Below are positions 41,232-50,825 of a stretch of DNA of 64,000 nucleotides, piece by piece; position 1 is the first letter of the stretch; each line of letters opens with the position of its first letter. Under the pieces are notes generated by a model. It ran no database searches. It was given only the letters and a program-made list of their open reading frames with translations, and was not told the origin of the DNA. A program made the translations under genes and the position numbers. This DNA is from an uncultured Chloroflexia bacterium. Lineage in GTDB: Bacteria > Chloroflexota > Anaerolineae > CG2-30-64-16. The DNA lies in NCBI GenBank assembly GCA_963810095.1, contig CAWEMM010000009.1:192001-256000 (forward strand), given 5' to 3'.

Positions 41232-41729
41232 ATGAAACTGACTCACGTGCGCTTGCTGGTCAACGACTTCGATGCGTGTTTCCGCTTTTACCGCGACATG
41301 ATGGGCTTCCAGGTGCAGTGGGGCGCCGAGGGCTCGGGCTACGCCGACTTCCGCGGCCGCGGCGAGGCGATGGTCGCGCTCTTCAGCAGGCAAGAGATGG
41401 CCGAGACGCTCGGGGAGGCTGTCTTGCCCTCTGAGCTCTCCTGCCAGGACCGCGCCATGCTGATCTTTGAGGCAGCGGATTTGGACTCGACCGTCGAGGC
41501 GCTAAGGGCACGGGGCGTGCAGTTCGTTACCGAGCTCCAGGAGCGCCCGGACTGGGGCATTCGCACCGTCCATCTCCGCGATCCCGACGGCAACTTGATC
41601 GAGATCAACAGCCCGCTGTTGGAATCCCAGTGGTCGGACGAGCTGGCGGACGAAGCAGAGCATTACACGACCACCGGCGGGGCCGCGAATCCGGGCAGCA
41701 CGATCGGCGACACGAGCCTTCAGCAATAG
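41232..41729 (+). CDS. VOC/glyoxalase family protein
   Basis: HVRLLV..FYRDMMGF..WGIRTVHLRDPDGNLIEI. Confidence 0.9.
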   Translation: MKLTHVRLLVNDFDACFRFYRDMMGFQVQWGAEGSGYADFRGRGEAMVALFSRQEMAETLGEAVLPSELSCQDRAMLIFEAADLDSTVEALRARGVQFVTELQERPDWGIRTVHLRDPDGNLIEINSPLLESQWSDELADEAEHYTTTGGAANPGSTIGDTSLQQ

Positions 41730-41801
41730 CCTGGTGGCGGACCGCGCATCATGGGCCGGAAGCGGCTTTGACGCGCTATTGGGATCCGGGGAGGGGATGC
41801 G

Positions 41802-42284
41802 ATGATCACACCGCAACAGCTGGCAGAAGCATTCGGGCGCAACGTCACGATCGCCCAGCTGCAGGCAAAGGGCCTGACGCACGCGGACTCGCTTCTGCAA
41901 CCGCTGTTTCGGGGCAATTGCCTGAACTGGGTGCTGGGGCACATGCTCACCAACCGCGACGCCATACTCGGTTGGCTGGGCGAAGGCTCGGTGGGCGGCG
42001 AACGCGCAGAACGCTACCGTCGCGAGAGCGACCCGGTTACCGGTCCGGCAGACGAGCTGCTCCCGTTGGACGAGCTGCTCACCCTGCTCACGGCGTCTCA
42101 GGAGAAACTGGCAGCCGCCCTCACGGCGCTGAGCGACGAGGATCTCGAGCGCGAGGTTGTGCTGGGCACCCGCGCCTCGCCGCTCCGCAACCGGCTTTTC
42201 TTCCTCTACTTCCACGACACCTATCACGTGGGGCAGACCGAGTTGCTGCGGCAGTTGGCCGGGGTGAACGATCAGGTAATCTAG
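41802..42284 (+). CDS. DinB family protein
   Basis: GNCLNWVLGH and FHDTYHVGQ His motifs. Confidence 0.88.
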   Translation: MITPQQLAEAFGRNVTIAQLQAKGLTHADSLLQPLFRGNCLNWVLGHMLTNRDAILGWLGEGSVGGERAERYRRESDPVTGPADELLPLDELLTLLTASQEKLAAALTALSDEDLEREVVLGTRASPLRNRLFFLYFHDTYHVGQTELLRQLAGVNDQVI

Positions 42285-42293
42285 GGGGCAAAC

Positions 42294-42325
42294 AGAAACC
42301 TGGTCTCGGAAGAAACCAGGTTTCT
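42294..42325. repeat. REP doublet family B, copy 2
   Basis: AGAAACCTGGTCTCG-GA-AGAAACCAGGTTTCT between convergent genes. Confidence 0.8.
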
Positions 42326-42344
42326 TGCTGCCTCGCCCCGGCGA

Positions 42345-43304
42345 TCAGATCTCCGTCATGTGTCGGTCCCAGATCGAGCGGGCCAGGGCCGGACCATCCG
42401 CCGGGAGGCCGTATCGGCTGAAGTACTGGCACACTCGGACGACGTCGCGCTCAAACAGCGGAAACGCGGCCGCATGCACCGACGGATCGACCGACTGTGG
42501 AAAGTCGATGATGCGGTAGTCTCCCTGCCAGTAAAGCACGTTGAACGCAGATAGGTCTGCATGCACGCGTCCGTGGCCGAGCATCGTCTCGACGTCGGCC
42601 AACAGCGCATCGAAGAGCTGGCGAGCCTCGGTGCGCTCCAGCGTGACGCCTTGCAGGGTGGATGCCGGGTGCTTGAGATCCCCCACATACTCCATCAGGA
42701 TCGTATTGTTTGCGAAGGCGACCGGTTCCGGAACTCTCACGCCGGCTGCGTGCAGGGCCTGGAGCGAGACGTATTCATGGGCCAGCCACGACACGTGCTC
42801 CATCTCTTTGCCCTTGCGCGTCCCGGCCTTGATCGCCATCAGCGCGCGCCGGTCGCGCACCGCTTGCCCACGCACGCCCAGCACCTCGCGTCCCTGGCGG
42901 TAGAGCGCGTCGTTGCGCAGGTTCCGAAACTGCCGCGGGCGATAGACCTTGGCCGCGATTAGGTCGTGGGAGGCGGCGCTGGCGCCCCGGCAGCAGTAGA
43001 CCGTCGCCTCTTTGCCGCCCTTCACCTTCCGCAGGACATCCGAGATGAGCCGCCGGTCGTAGAACGCGCTGAGATAGTTGCGGATCCAGACGCGCTCGTA
43101 GCGCGCGCCCTGGTAAGTCGGGTTGAAGGCCGTCGCCTGCGCGTCCGGATCGTCCGCGTGCGCCAGGATTTCGTCGATTACGGCCTGGTCGCTATACCGG
43201 TCGGCCCGCTCGCCGCGCAAGCCCTTCGTCTGGGTCGCGCCGCGCTTCAACGCGCGCGGGTCAAATTCCTCATCCAACCATTGATCGGTTCGAAAACGAG
43301 CCAA
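42345..43304 (-). CDS. RIO1-family atypical kinase/ATPase
   Basis: KGGKEATVY, AAKVYR, VRVPEP, ILMEYVG, VHADLSAFNVL and IIDFPQ; TTG start after GAGG. Confidence 0.9.
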   Translation of the reverse strand: MARFRTDQWLDEEFDPRALKRGATQTKGLRGERADRYSDQAVIDEILAHADDPDAQATAFNPTYQGARYERVWIRNYLSAFYDRRLISDVLRKVKGGKEATVYCCRGASAASHDLIAAKVYRPRQFRNLRNDALYRQGREVLGVRGQAVRDRRALMAIKAGTRKGKEMEHVSWLAHEYVSLQALHAAGVRVPEPVAFANNTILMEYVGDLKHPASTLQGVTLERTEARQLFDALLADVETMLGHGRVHADLSAFNVLYWQGDYRIIDFPQSVDPSVHAAAFPLFERDVVRVCQYFSRYGLPADGPALARSIWDRHMTEI

Positions 43305-43323
43305 AGTAGCATCCTCACCAGTT

Positions 43324-43364
43324 AAAAACAAAGCGGCTGCAAGCTCGCATGCGCCTGCAACCGC
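43324..43364 (-). terminator. Intrinsic terminator in the RIO1 5' leader (attenuator)
   Basis: Minus strand GCGGTTGCAGGC-GCATGCGA-GCTTGCAGCCGC-TTTGTTTTT, ending about 20 nt before the RIO1 start. Confidence 0.75.
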
Positions 43365-43398
43365 GCGGTGTACGGCGGCCCGGTCGGGCCAATCCGAT

Positions 43399-43479
43399 CT
43401 ATCCCGCTGTCCTGGAGCGCGCACGTGAGCACGTATTGGACGATGCACCTGCCACTACATAGCCGGGTCTGGTCACCAT
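43399..43479 (-). CDS. Putative 26-aa leader peptide (MVTRPGYVVAGASSNTCSRARSRTAG)
   Basis: AAAGGAGG SD at 43493-43500, 13 nt from ATG; lies between the promoter and the leader terminator. Confidence 0.5.
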   Translation of the reverse strand: MVTRPGYVVAGASSNTCSRARSRTAG

Positions 43480-43519
43480 AGGCCTTCGTGCGCCTCCTTT
43501 CTGGATGAGTCTGTTGTCT

Positions 43520-43548
43520 ACAGTATCACACCGAGTGTGACCTGTCAA
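43520..43548 (-). promoter_or_regulatory. Sigma-70 promoter of the RIO1 leader with a palindrome in the spacer
   Basis: TTGACA-17 nt-TACTGT with TG extension; spacer contains TCACAC-N3-GTGTGA (43526-43540). Confidence 0.72.
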
Positions 43549-43576
43549 AACGCGGCGGAGCGCCGCGACCTGTAAT

Positions 43577-43615
43577 GAACGGCCCTCGGGGCGTCAAACA
43601 CCTCGAGGGCCGTTC
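43577..43615. terminator. Hairpin after the lipoprotein operon
   Basis: GAACGGCCCTCGGGG-loop-CCTCGAGGGCCGTTC; weak U tract. Confidence 0.65.
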
Positions 43616-43632
43616 GTTAGCTACATCGCCGG

Positions 43633-44943
43633 TCAGGGCGTGGTTGTGCCCGAACCAGAGCTGCCCGTGCCCGTTCCCGCGCCGGTCGTGCCGGTGCCGG
43701 TCGTGCTGCCCCCAGCCGTCATCTGGCTGAGGAAGTCCTTGACGAATTGCTGCATGGCCTGCTGATCGCAGGTGCCGCTCGTCTGGTAGACGGTCACGAT
43801 CACGTTACCGCCCATGGCCGACGTGGAGCTGCTGGACGAATCCGAGCTGCTAGTGCTGGTCGAACCCGTGCCGAGGTCGAGCAGAGCCGAGGTCACCGGT
43901 GCCGAGGTCGAGCCAGAGCTGCTCGTGCCCGAGGTCGAGCCGCTCATGTCGCTGTTCTGGCCCCAGATGTAGGTGCGCGAGGCGCAGACTGCATCGTACT
44001 GGTTGGTCGTGTCCTTGAAGTTGGAAACCGTTACTGCTTGGAAGCCGCCGACCGTGGCCGTCATCATGTCGCTCGAGCCGACGCCAGTCGTCGAGCCGGT
44101 GGTGCTGCCCGTGCCGGTGCCCGTGGTGTCCGTCATCGTGCCCGTGGCGCCGGTGCTGCTGCCGGTGCTCGAAGTCGAGCCGGAGCCGCTCGTGCCAGAG
44201 TTGGTCATGTCGCTCTGAATCCAGTCCTGGAGCGAGGTCGCCGTCACGTCGGTCGCCCGGCGCAGTTCGACGACATAGGTGTTACCCTGGTACTGGCCCG
44301 TCATGGTGAAGACGTCACCCGAGCTCAGGCTCGAGCCGGCGGCGCCGGTTGAGCCCGTGCCGGTGGTGTCCGTCATCGTGCCGGTGGCGCCGGTGCTGCT
44401 GCCGGTACCGGTGCTGTTCGCCGAGCCAACGCCGGCGGTGAAGCCGGTCGGCATGGCGAAAGTCCAGCCGCCCAGCGCATTCTGCGCGCCTGTCGACGAC
44501 GTGTTGCCCGTACCGGTGCTGCTGCCCGTTCCAGAGCCGGTGCCCGTGGTATCCGTCATCGTGCCCGTGGCGCCGGTGCTGCTGCCCGTGCCGGTACCCG
44601 TAGTGTCCGTCATCGTGCCCGTGGCGCCGGTGCTGCTGCCCGTGCCGGTACCCGTGGTGTCCGTCATCGTGCCCGTGGCGCCGGTGCTGCTGCCCGTGCC
44701 CGAGCCCGTGGTATCCGTCATCGTGCCCGTCGCGCCGGTGCTGCTGCCCGTGCCGGAGCCGGTACCCGTGGTATCCGTCATCGTGCCCGTCGCGCCTGTG
44801 CTGCTGCCCGTGCCCGTGCCGGTGCTGCTGCCGCTACTCGGGTTGCTCGCCTGGCCCTGGCCGGCACAACCTGCCAGGACCATGACGAATATCACCGCCA
44901 TCACCATGGCCATAAACCGGAAATTCTTCACACTTCCCTCCAT
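43633..44943 (-). CDS. Lipoprotein with Thr/Gly/Ser repeats and an interrupted PsbP-like domain
   Basis: Lipobox VLAGC; 7 copies of [14 protein letters not shown]; folded segments align with the two upstream lipoproteins. Alternative start GTG 44931. Confidence 0.8.
   Translation of the reverse strand: MEGSVKNFRFMAMVMAVIFVMVLAGCAGQGQASNPSSGSSTGTGTGSSTGATGTMTDTTGTGSGTGSSTGATGTMTDTTGSGTGSSTGATGTMTDTTGTGTGSSTGATGTMTDTTGTGTGSSTGATGTMTDTTGTGSGTGSSTGTGNTSSTGAQNALGGWTFAMPTGFTAGVGSANSTGTGSSTGATGTMTDTTGTGSTGAAGSSLSSGDVFTMTGQYQGNTYVVELRRATDVTATSLQDWIQSDMTNSGTSGSGSTSSTGSSTGATGTMTDTTGTGTGSTTGSTTGVGSSDMMTATVGGFQAVTVSNFKDTTNQYDAVCASRTYIWGQNSDMSGSTSGTSSSGSTSAPVTSALLDLGTGSTSTSSSDSSSSSTSAMGGNVIVTVYQTSGTCDQQAMQQFVKDFLSQMTAGGSTTGTGTTGAGTGTGSSGSGTTTP
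44520..44830 (-). repeat. Intragenic tandem repeat, 5 units of 54-60 nt
   Basis: Near-identical CCGTCATCGTGCCCGTSGCGCCGGTGCTGCTGCCCGT units, in frame, encoding [16 protein letters not shown]. Confidence 0.9.
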
Positions 44944-45058
44944 GTCTGTACGTCTCTCAAAATGTTTGGCTCTTGCCAATGTCAATCTCAACGAGGATAG
45001 ACTATCCGGTGTTCCAAGTCATCGTCCAAATTGCGTATTTCCGCCCGTCGCCTGCCTC

Positions 45059-46440
45059 TCACTTCGGCTGCGTCATTTTGGCGGCCAGGTCCTCCAGCAC
45101 ACTCGGGTTGCACGTCTGGCCGTTGGCCTGTGCTACCGTGGCCGTATAGCCGCGCTTGCCGCCGCCCGCCGGATTGTCCGCGACGATATACATGCGCACC
45201 GCCGGGCACTGGTACCCCTGCATCTTCACCCCGCTCGCCATCGCGATCTGGGTCGAATTCCCTTGCGAGGTATAGTCGAGGCGGACTCCCTGCATGTCGA
45301 TGCCCAAGTCCGCCAGGTCTGCCCGGGCCCATTCCTCCACGCCCACCTCGGGCGCATCGCGCACCCAGACCATGTCGGCCAGATAGGCGTTGCCCTGGTA
45401 GTCACCTTGCAGGTGAGCCGTATCGCCAAGGCGATCCATCGTCCACCCTTCGGGATACGCGAACGAGAACGCATTGAAGAAGCGCGGTCTGCTGCCAGCC
45501 CGCGCCCGTGGGACTGGGCGTAGCCGTAGGGGCAACCTGGGTTGCTGCCGCGGTCGGGCTTGCCTCGGGACGGACGGGCGTCGCAACGGGCTGCTCCGTC
45601 CCCCCCACTTGGGCCAGGTAGGCGTCGACAAACGCGCTCGAGGGCCTGCGGATCGCACGCTGCCCCTTCCGCCTGCGACACGACCCCCAGCGCCTGCCGC
45701 TGGTTGCGCCCGGCCGGGTTGGCGGTCCAGAGGTACACGTATGCCACCGGACAAGCGTAGTCAGGGTCCTTCACGCCGCCCACCACGGCGATCTGTACGT
45801 TTCCGGCCTGCGCGTAGCGGACGTTCGCGCCGTCGATGCCCATCCGCTGGAGGTCCCCGCTCACCCATTCCTGCAGCGACCCCGCGTGGACCTGCACGCT
45901 CCTGGTCAGCTGGAACACGACATCGCGGTTCTGCCACGATCCGGTCATCAGCAAGGCGTCGCCGCGTTCGCGCACGGTCCAACCGGGCGGGTAGGCGAAT
46001 GGGAAGGCGTCTTTGAAGCGTCCGAGCTGCCAGCCACCTTGCTTGGCTTCCCCTTGGCCGCCAAACAAGCGCGAGCTGAAGCTCTGCCACCAGGTGGCGA
46101 CGTCGGGGCGCCCGTTGCCCTGGGATGCAGGCAGAGTGTCGCCTGCGTTACCCTGGTTTGCCTTGGCCTTGCCTTTGCCGTTGCCGTTGTTGCCCTCGTT
46201 CTTGCCGTTCTTGCCCTTATCCTGGTTACCCTTGCCGTTATTGCCCTTATCGTCTTTTCCGGGGTTCGGCTTGTCGGCCCTCGGTCCGGGTTGGAACGAG
46301 GCTGCGTACGAGCCGGCTTCGGTGCTGCTTCCGGGCAGGCGCGCCGTGTCTTGCGCGGCCATACTTTGTGCAGCGCAGCCCGACAGCGCCATTGCCGCCC
46401 CCATTGTCAAGGCAAAGAAAGTGCCCTTGAAGCCCTTCAT
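45059..46440 (-). CDS. Lipoprotein with K/G/N-rich linker and two PsbP-like domains (frameshifts near 45630 and 45490)
   Basis: Lipobox ALSGC; F..AF.FAYP.GWT ... CP...Y ... C motif occurs twice across ORFs 45226..46461 and 45059..45754. Confidence 0.75.
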
Positions 46441-46457
46441 TTTCGATCCTCCTGGTA

Positions 46458-47135
46458 TCAACTTCGCACCTCCGCGATCAACGCGTCGGCAAGTCGCTCC
46501 ACGTTGGCCGCGTCGCAGGCCGTCTTATCCGTCTGCGAAACGGTCAGAACCAGGTAGTTCTGCTCGCCGGCGAGTTTGTCGGTGCGGGCATATACCCTCA
46601 CGGCCGGGCACGACCCTTCAGGTTGCCCCGGCAGATGCAGATTCGTCACCTTGAGTGCCGGTAGGGTCTGGATAGTTGCGTCCACCCTGGGTGCACCGCC
46701 CTGACCGATCTGCTCCAGGTCCTGCTTCGCCCATGCCCCTAAGTCCTCCGTCTTGACGCCGGTGGGCCTGACGATTTCAACCTTGTATTCGTGCTCGCCA
46801 TAAGCGCCGGTTAGCACGATCTCGCCGGTTCCGGGCCGGTCGACCGTCCAGCCGTTCGGATACCCGACGTCCCACACGTCGAAGAACCGGTGCCGCTCCC
46901 ACGCCCCGACCTCGCCCGTCTGCGGCGTGCTGCCCAAGATCGACGGCGTCTCGGCCGCAGCTTGGCTTGAGCCGCCCTGTTGAACCGGATCCACCACGTC
47001 TGGTGCAGGTGTATACGATTGTTCGCCCGTCGTGCTGCCGACGCCATCCTGGCCCGCAAATCCGCTTGCGCCGCAGCCCGCTAGCAGTACTGCCAACACG
47101 GCGAGAGCGGCGAAGAGACTCCACAATTTCTTCAT
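46458..47135 (-). CDS. Lipoprotein with one PsbP-like domain
   Basis: Lipobox LLAGC; FFDVWDVGYPNGWTV...SCPAVRVY...TVSQTDKTACD. Confidence 0.8.
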   Translation of the reverse strand: MKKLWSLFAALAVLAVLLAGCGASGFAGQDGVGSTTGEQSYTPAPDVVDPVQQGGSSQAAAETPSILGSTPQTGEVGAWERHRFFDVWDVGYPNGWTVDRPGTGEIVLTGAYGEHEYKVEIVRPTGVKTEDLGAWAKQDLEQIGQGGAPRVDATIQTLPALKVTNLHLPGQPEGSCPAVRVYARTDKLAGEQNYLVLTVSQTDKTACDAANVERLADALIAEVRS

Positions 47136-47185
47136 CAAGCTTACTCCAAACGCATTAAGTGTCATTTTCAACACGATCGTTCAGC

Positions 47186-47227
47186 AAAAAAAGTTCCGCC
47201 ACCACCGCAGCTGCGGTGGTGGCGGAA
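47186..47227 (-). terminator. Intrinsic terminator
   Basis: TTCCGCCACCACCGCA-GC-TGCGGTGGTGGCGGAA with an A7 tract on the + side (U tract on -). Confidence 0.9.
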
Positions 47228-47252
47228 TCTGCGCCAGGTCAGTTTGGGACGA

Positions 47253-49493
47253 CTAGTTCGTCATCGTCGCATTGTTCATGATGACCGGCAGGAACATGCG
47301 CGACCCGCGCGTCGGGCTTGCCGTAGGCGTGGCTGTTTCGGTCGCCGTCGCCGTCGGGGTCGCCGTATGGGTCGGGGTGCTGGTCGGCGTATGGGTCGGC
47401 GTCGACGTCTCGGTCGCCGTGGGCGTAGCGGTCGGTGTAGGCGTGTCCTGCGGTTGGAACCGGATCAGCAGCCGCGCCGCCATCGCCGGATTGCTTTCGT
47501 AAGCCGCCCACGTCGCATAGTTTTGGGCGCCGGGAGCCGGGTCGACCAGCAGCGCCAGGTTATTGCCCGACTGCCAGTCCTGCCGGTCCAGAATTTCCTG
47601 CACAACCGACGTGAGGTCGGGAGAGTTCACCCATCCGCCCGCCCGGCTCGTGAGCGTCCAGCTTACCACGGACGAAGTGCGGGGCCGGTTGCTGATCTCG
47701 CGATAGCCGCCATAGAAGTCCTCCGCCTCGCCCCGGTCGTCGCCCGCCAGAACGAGCGGGACGGGCAGCCCACTCTGATACCGGGCATCGAGTTGCAGCG
47801 TGGCGGACATCACCCGGGCGCCGTGCGGGATCTCGATGTTCCGGAAGAGGAAGCCTCCGCTGTAGAGCGCGCCATCGGTGTTGCCGCCCGTCGTCACAGT
47901 GTCGAGCAGCGGGTAGACAACCCCGGTGTCGGTTCGCTCGTGCGCGTCGTCGTAGCAGTTGGCGATCTGCCGCTCGAGCAGCCCGGCCGCAGGTCCCGGC
48001 ACGCTTGACGTCGGATGCGGGGTGGCTGTGCCGAGGCAGGCCGCTCGCGTGGGGCTCGGGGTCGGCGTGACTTCAGGGGCGCCGGCATAGACGAAAACCG
48101 CGCCTGCGTCGATCCGCTCGACGGGATCAAAGCCCGGCGTCCCGATCGCGAGGTCTGCAAAGCCATCGTTGTTGAAGTCGGCCCCGGCGCCACTCTGGCC
48201 GTACAGGTCGCCGGCGGCCATTCCCGCCTGGCTCCATGCCGGCGGCGTAACGAGGCCGGTCGCCGAGCCGTAATAGAGCTCGGCAGCGCCGGCTTCGGAC
48301 CCGGTGGCGGGCGCCCCGATCAGAACGTCGTCGAAGCCGTCGCTGTTCGTGTCGCCTACGACGGCGATCGTCGCGCCGAAACCTGCCAGTGACGCGCCGC
48401 CATCCAGCGGTGTGCCCGTTGCCGGCAGCCCTCCGGATGCGCCCATGAAGTACGTAACCCGGCCCGTCTGACCGGACGGCCCGGTATACTGGGGGGCGCC
48501 GACAAAGACGTCGGCCAGGCCGTCGCCGTTGATGTCGCCTGCTGCGACCGCGGCCCCGCACTGCGCCTGGTCCTGGTCGCACTCGAAGGTCCAACCGGGC
48601 GTCGTCGCAACGCCGCCTGCGCCGCCGGCAAACAGGAATGCCGCGCCCTCGTTCGGCTGGCCGTTCGAGTACATGGGCGCGCCGGCGACCACGTCGGCTG
48701 CGCCGTCACCGTCGGTGTCACCAACTGCCACGCTCTGCCCGAAGCGCGCACCCGCCTGGTTGATCTCCAAGGTCGCCGCGCCGGACGTCGAGGGACCCGT
48801 GCCAGACCCGTAGTACACGAACACCGCGCCCTCGTCGACCTCGCCGTTATCCCAGCCGGGCGCGCCGACAACCAGATCGGAGAAGCCGTCGGCGTTTACG
48901 TCGCCACCTCCCAGGGCCAGGCCGAAGAGGCTGGACGGCTGCCCCGTGACCTCAAATGCAGGTGTCGGACTCAGGCCGGCCGCGGTCCCAAGATACACGT
49001 CAACCCGGCCGGCGTCGATATTGGCGCCGTCATCATAGTAGACGCCCGCGACGGCCACGTCTGCATAGCCGTCGCCGTTCACGTCGCCGATGCCGGCCAC
49101 GCTGAGCCCATACTGCTCGCCGCTCTGGGCGCCCGTGAGGGTCAGGGCGGGCGCGGGGGAGAGGCCCGTGGACGAGCCGTAGTAAATCTGTGCGCTGCCG
49201 GCGTCGGTCAGGGTGGGATCACCGACCAGGTCGGCGAGCGGCGCGCCGGCGATCAGATCGGCATAGCCGTCGCCGTTGATGTCGCCTGCGCTGGCCATGC
49301 TGCGCCCCAGCGCGTCGCCAGCCGAGCCGCCCTCCAGAACAACCGTGGGCGTAGTTACCGGGGCGGAAGGGGCCGCCACCCGTGGGGCCCGTGCCGTGCC
49401 GGCCTGCTGCGCCAGGCTGCTCGATGCCAGGGGCACGAGCAGTGCGAGCAGCAGCAAACCGGTGAAAAGGGGAGAGTACTTCTTCACTGACAT
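47253..49493 (-). CDS. Secreted FG-GAP (integrin-alpha-like propeller) protein with beta-sandwich domain, PT-rich linker and C-terminal FLPVI motif
   Basis: Signal peptide; seven GDxNGDGxADxxxGAP repeats; [31 protein letters not shown] domain; TPTAT repeats; ends [10 protein letters not shown]. Confidence 0.88.
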   Translation of the reverse strand: MSVKKYSPLFTGLLLLALLVPLASSSLAQQAGTARAPRVAAPSAPVTTPTVVLEGGSAGDALGRSMASAGDINGDGYADLIAGAPLADLVGDPTLTDAGSAQIYYGSSTGLSPAPALTLTGAQSGEQYGLSVAGIGDVNGDGYADVAVAGVYYDDGANIDAGRVDVYLGTAAGLSPTPAFEVTGQPSSLFGLALGGGDVNADGFSDLVVGAPGWDNGEVDEGAVFVYYGSGTGPSTSGAATLEINQAGARFGQSVAVGDTDGDGAADVVAGAPMYSNGQPNEGAAFLFAGGAGGVATTPGWTFECDQDQAQCGAAVAAGDINGDGLADVFVGAPQYTGPSGQTGRVTYFMGASGGLPATGTPLDGGASLAGFGATIAVVGDTNSDGFDDVLIGAPATGSEAGAAELYYGSATGLVTPPAWSQAGMAAGDLYGQSGAGADFNNDGFADLAIGTPGFDPVERIDAGAVFVYAGAPEVTPTPSPTRAACLGTATPHPTSSVPGPAAGLLERQIANCYDDAHERTDTGVVYPLLDTVTTGGNTDGALYSGGFLFRNIEIPHGARVMSATLQLDARYQSGLPVPLVLAGDDRGEAEDFYGGYREISNRPRTSSVVSWTLTSRAGGWVNSPDLTSVVQEILDRQDWQSGNNLALLVDPAPGAQNYATWAAYESNPAMAARLLIRFQPQDTPTPTATPTATETSTPTHTPTSTPTHTATPTATATETATPTASPTRGSRMFLPVIMNNATMTN

Positions 49494-49708
49494 TGCCTGA
49501 CCTCCTCGAACTCTTCGATACGTCGTACAACGTCCCGCCTGAAGTACGGCATACGCGGCGGACAGTGGGCCGTGTATGCGCGCCATGTTAGCATATGGCA
49601 AGCGTATTTGAGAAAAGCACCGCGACGACGGCGCGCAACCGAATGCACCTGGAAGCGTACTATAGTAAGGAACGTTCAACTATCCCGCAGGTGACACGGA
49701 GGTTTCAC

Positions 49709-50077
49709 ATGAGCGAAAATTCGGCTCCTGATTTCAGGCGACATCGTCATAACGACGCCCCGCCCTGGGTGCTGGGCGGCGTCTTGATCGCAATCGGCGT
49801 CTTTTTGTTGCTCAGCAATGTTACCGGGCGGGGCACGGGCAATTGGTGGGCGCTCTTCATCCTGATCCCGGCCATTGGATCGCTTGCGACGGCTTGGCGA
49901 ATGTATCAGACCTCGGGCCAGATCACCGAGGTCGTTATTGGTCCCCTCGTCGGCGGCGTGATCCTGTTGTTTGTGTTCGCCATGTTGTTTTTCGGTTTCA
50001 ACTGGGGCTTGTTCTGGCCGGTGCTGTTGATCCTGGCGGGCGTCGGCGCGCTGATCGGAGTGTTCGCCCGCCGGTAA
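49709..50077 (+). CDS. Small membrane protein (LiaF/DUF5668-like)
   Basis: GGVLIAIGVFLLL..WWALFILIP..FWPVLLILAG; GGAGG SD. Confidence 0.75.
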   Translation: MSENSAPDFRRHRHNDAPPWVLGGVLIAIGVFLLLSNVTGRGTGNWWALFILIPAIGSLATAWRMYQTSGQITEVVIGPLVGGVILLFVFAMLFFGFNWGLFWPVLLILAGVGALIGVFARR

Positions 50078-50080
50078 GTT

Positions 50081-50188
50081 AAATGGAACGCTGATGACGT
50101 TCGTGCTCAGGATCCTCGCTGGTTTGCCCGGAATGGCTCCATGGCTCAGCGGTGACTATTGAGGGTGGACGTCATCAGCGTTCTGTTT
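50081..50188. repeat. Diverged family-A-like inverted repeat
   Basis: AAATGGAACGCTGATGACGT ... ACGTCATCAGCGTTCTGTTT between convergent genes. Confidence 0.65.
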
Positions 50189-50210
50189 TTTTGGCGGCAG
50201 TAGAGTGGTT

Positions 50211-50465
50211 TCAGGCGGCGCGCAACCCGTTGCGCCGCGCCAGCTTTGCAGCGTCCCTGCGGTTAGCCAGTTCCAGCTTCTCAAGAATGTGGAGCACGTG
50301 GTTGCGGACCGCCTGCTCGCTTACGTACAGGCGCTGCGCAATCTCCTCGTTCGACGCATCCACGGAAAGCTGTTGCATCACCTTCAATTCGGTGCGATTG
50401 AGCCGGTCCAATGGGTGCGCGTCCTCAGACAGCACGCGAAATGCGGTCAATCCTGGTGAATCCAT
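50211..50465 (-). CDS. Stand-alone LuxR/GerE-type HTH regulator
   Basis: LNRTELKVM..ASNEEIAQRLYVSEQAVRNHVLHILEKL; GGAGG SD before ATG 50465. Confidence 0.85.
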   Translation of the reverse strand: MDSPGLTAFRVLSEDAHPLDRLNRTELKVMQQLSVDASNEEIAQRLYVSEQAVRNHVLHILEKLELANRRDAAKLARRNGLRAA

Positions 50466-50825
50466 AGGTCTATCCTCCAAGGGAAAAGACGCCTTCACAT
50501 CATAAACTGATGGCGTCTCAGCGTCGTGCAGGAAGCGACGCGGCCAATCTACTCTACACCACTTCTAACGCAGCAACATCGGCGGGATTACGGGCAGAGC
50601 CCTACAACTTTTGTCCTATTTTCTCTCGAATTCCTGATCAGATTTCATACAACTTCCCCGCTACGCTGGTGTTAACGCTTCTGGTGCGCGCGACGGGTGC
50701 CGGTCCAAGGGGCGATTTGGCCGCTGACGAGGGCCGGTCTATACTGAAGTGTAGCTTTAGTTACACCTCGCTTCGTGTTCGCGCATTGCCGTTCGCACAA
50801 TTCCAGTCCGGAGGTTCCATCGCCC

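Noticed and set aside
43310-43500. Known riboswitch or T-box in the RIO1 leader
   Set aside because: No recognisable aptamer or T-box consensus by eye; an Rfam scan is needed to exclude one formally.
44090-44830. Regular direct repeats as a CRISPR array
   Set aside because: No unique spacers, unit lengths are multiples of 3, the repeats lie in frame in a lipoprotein, and no cas genes are present.
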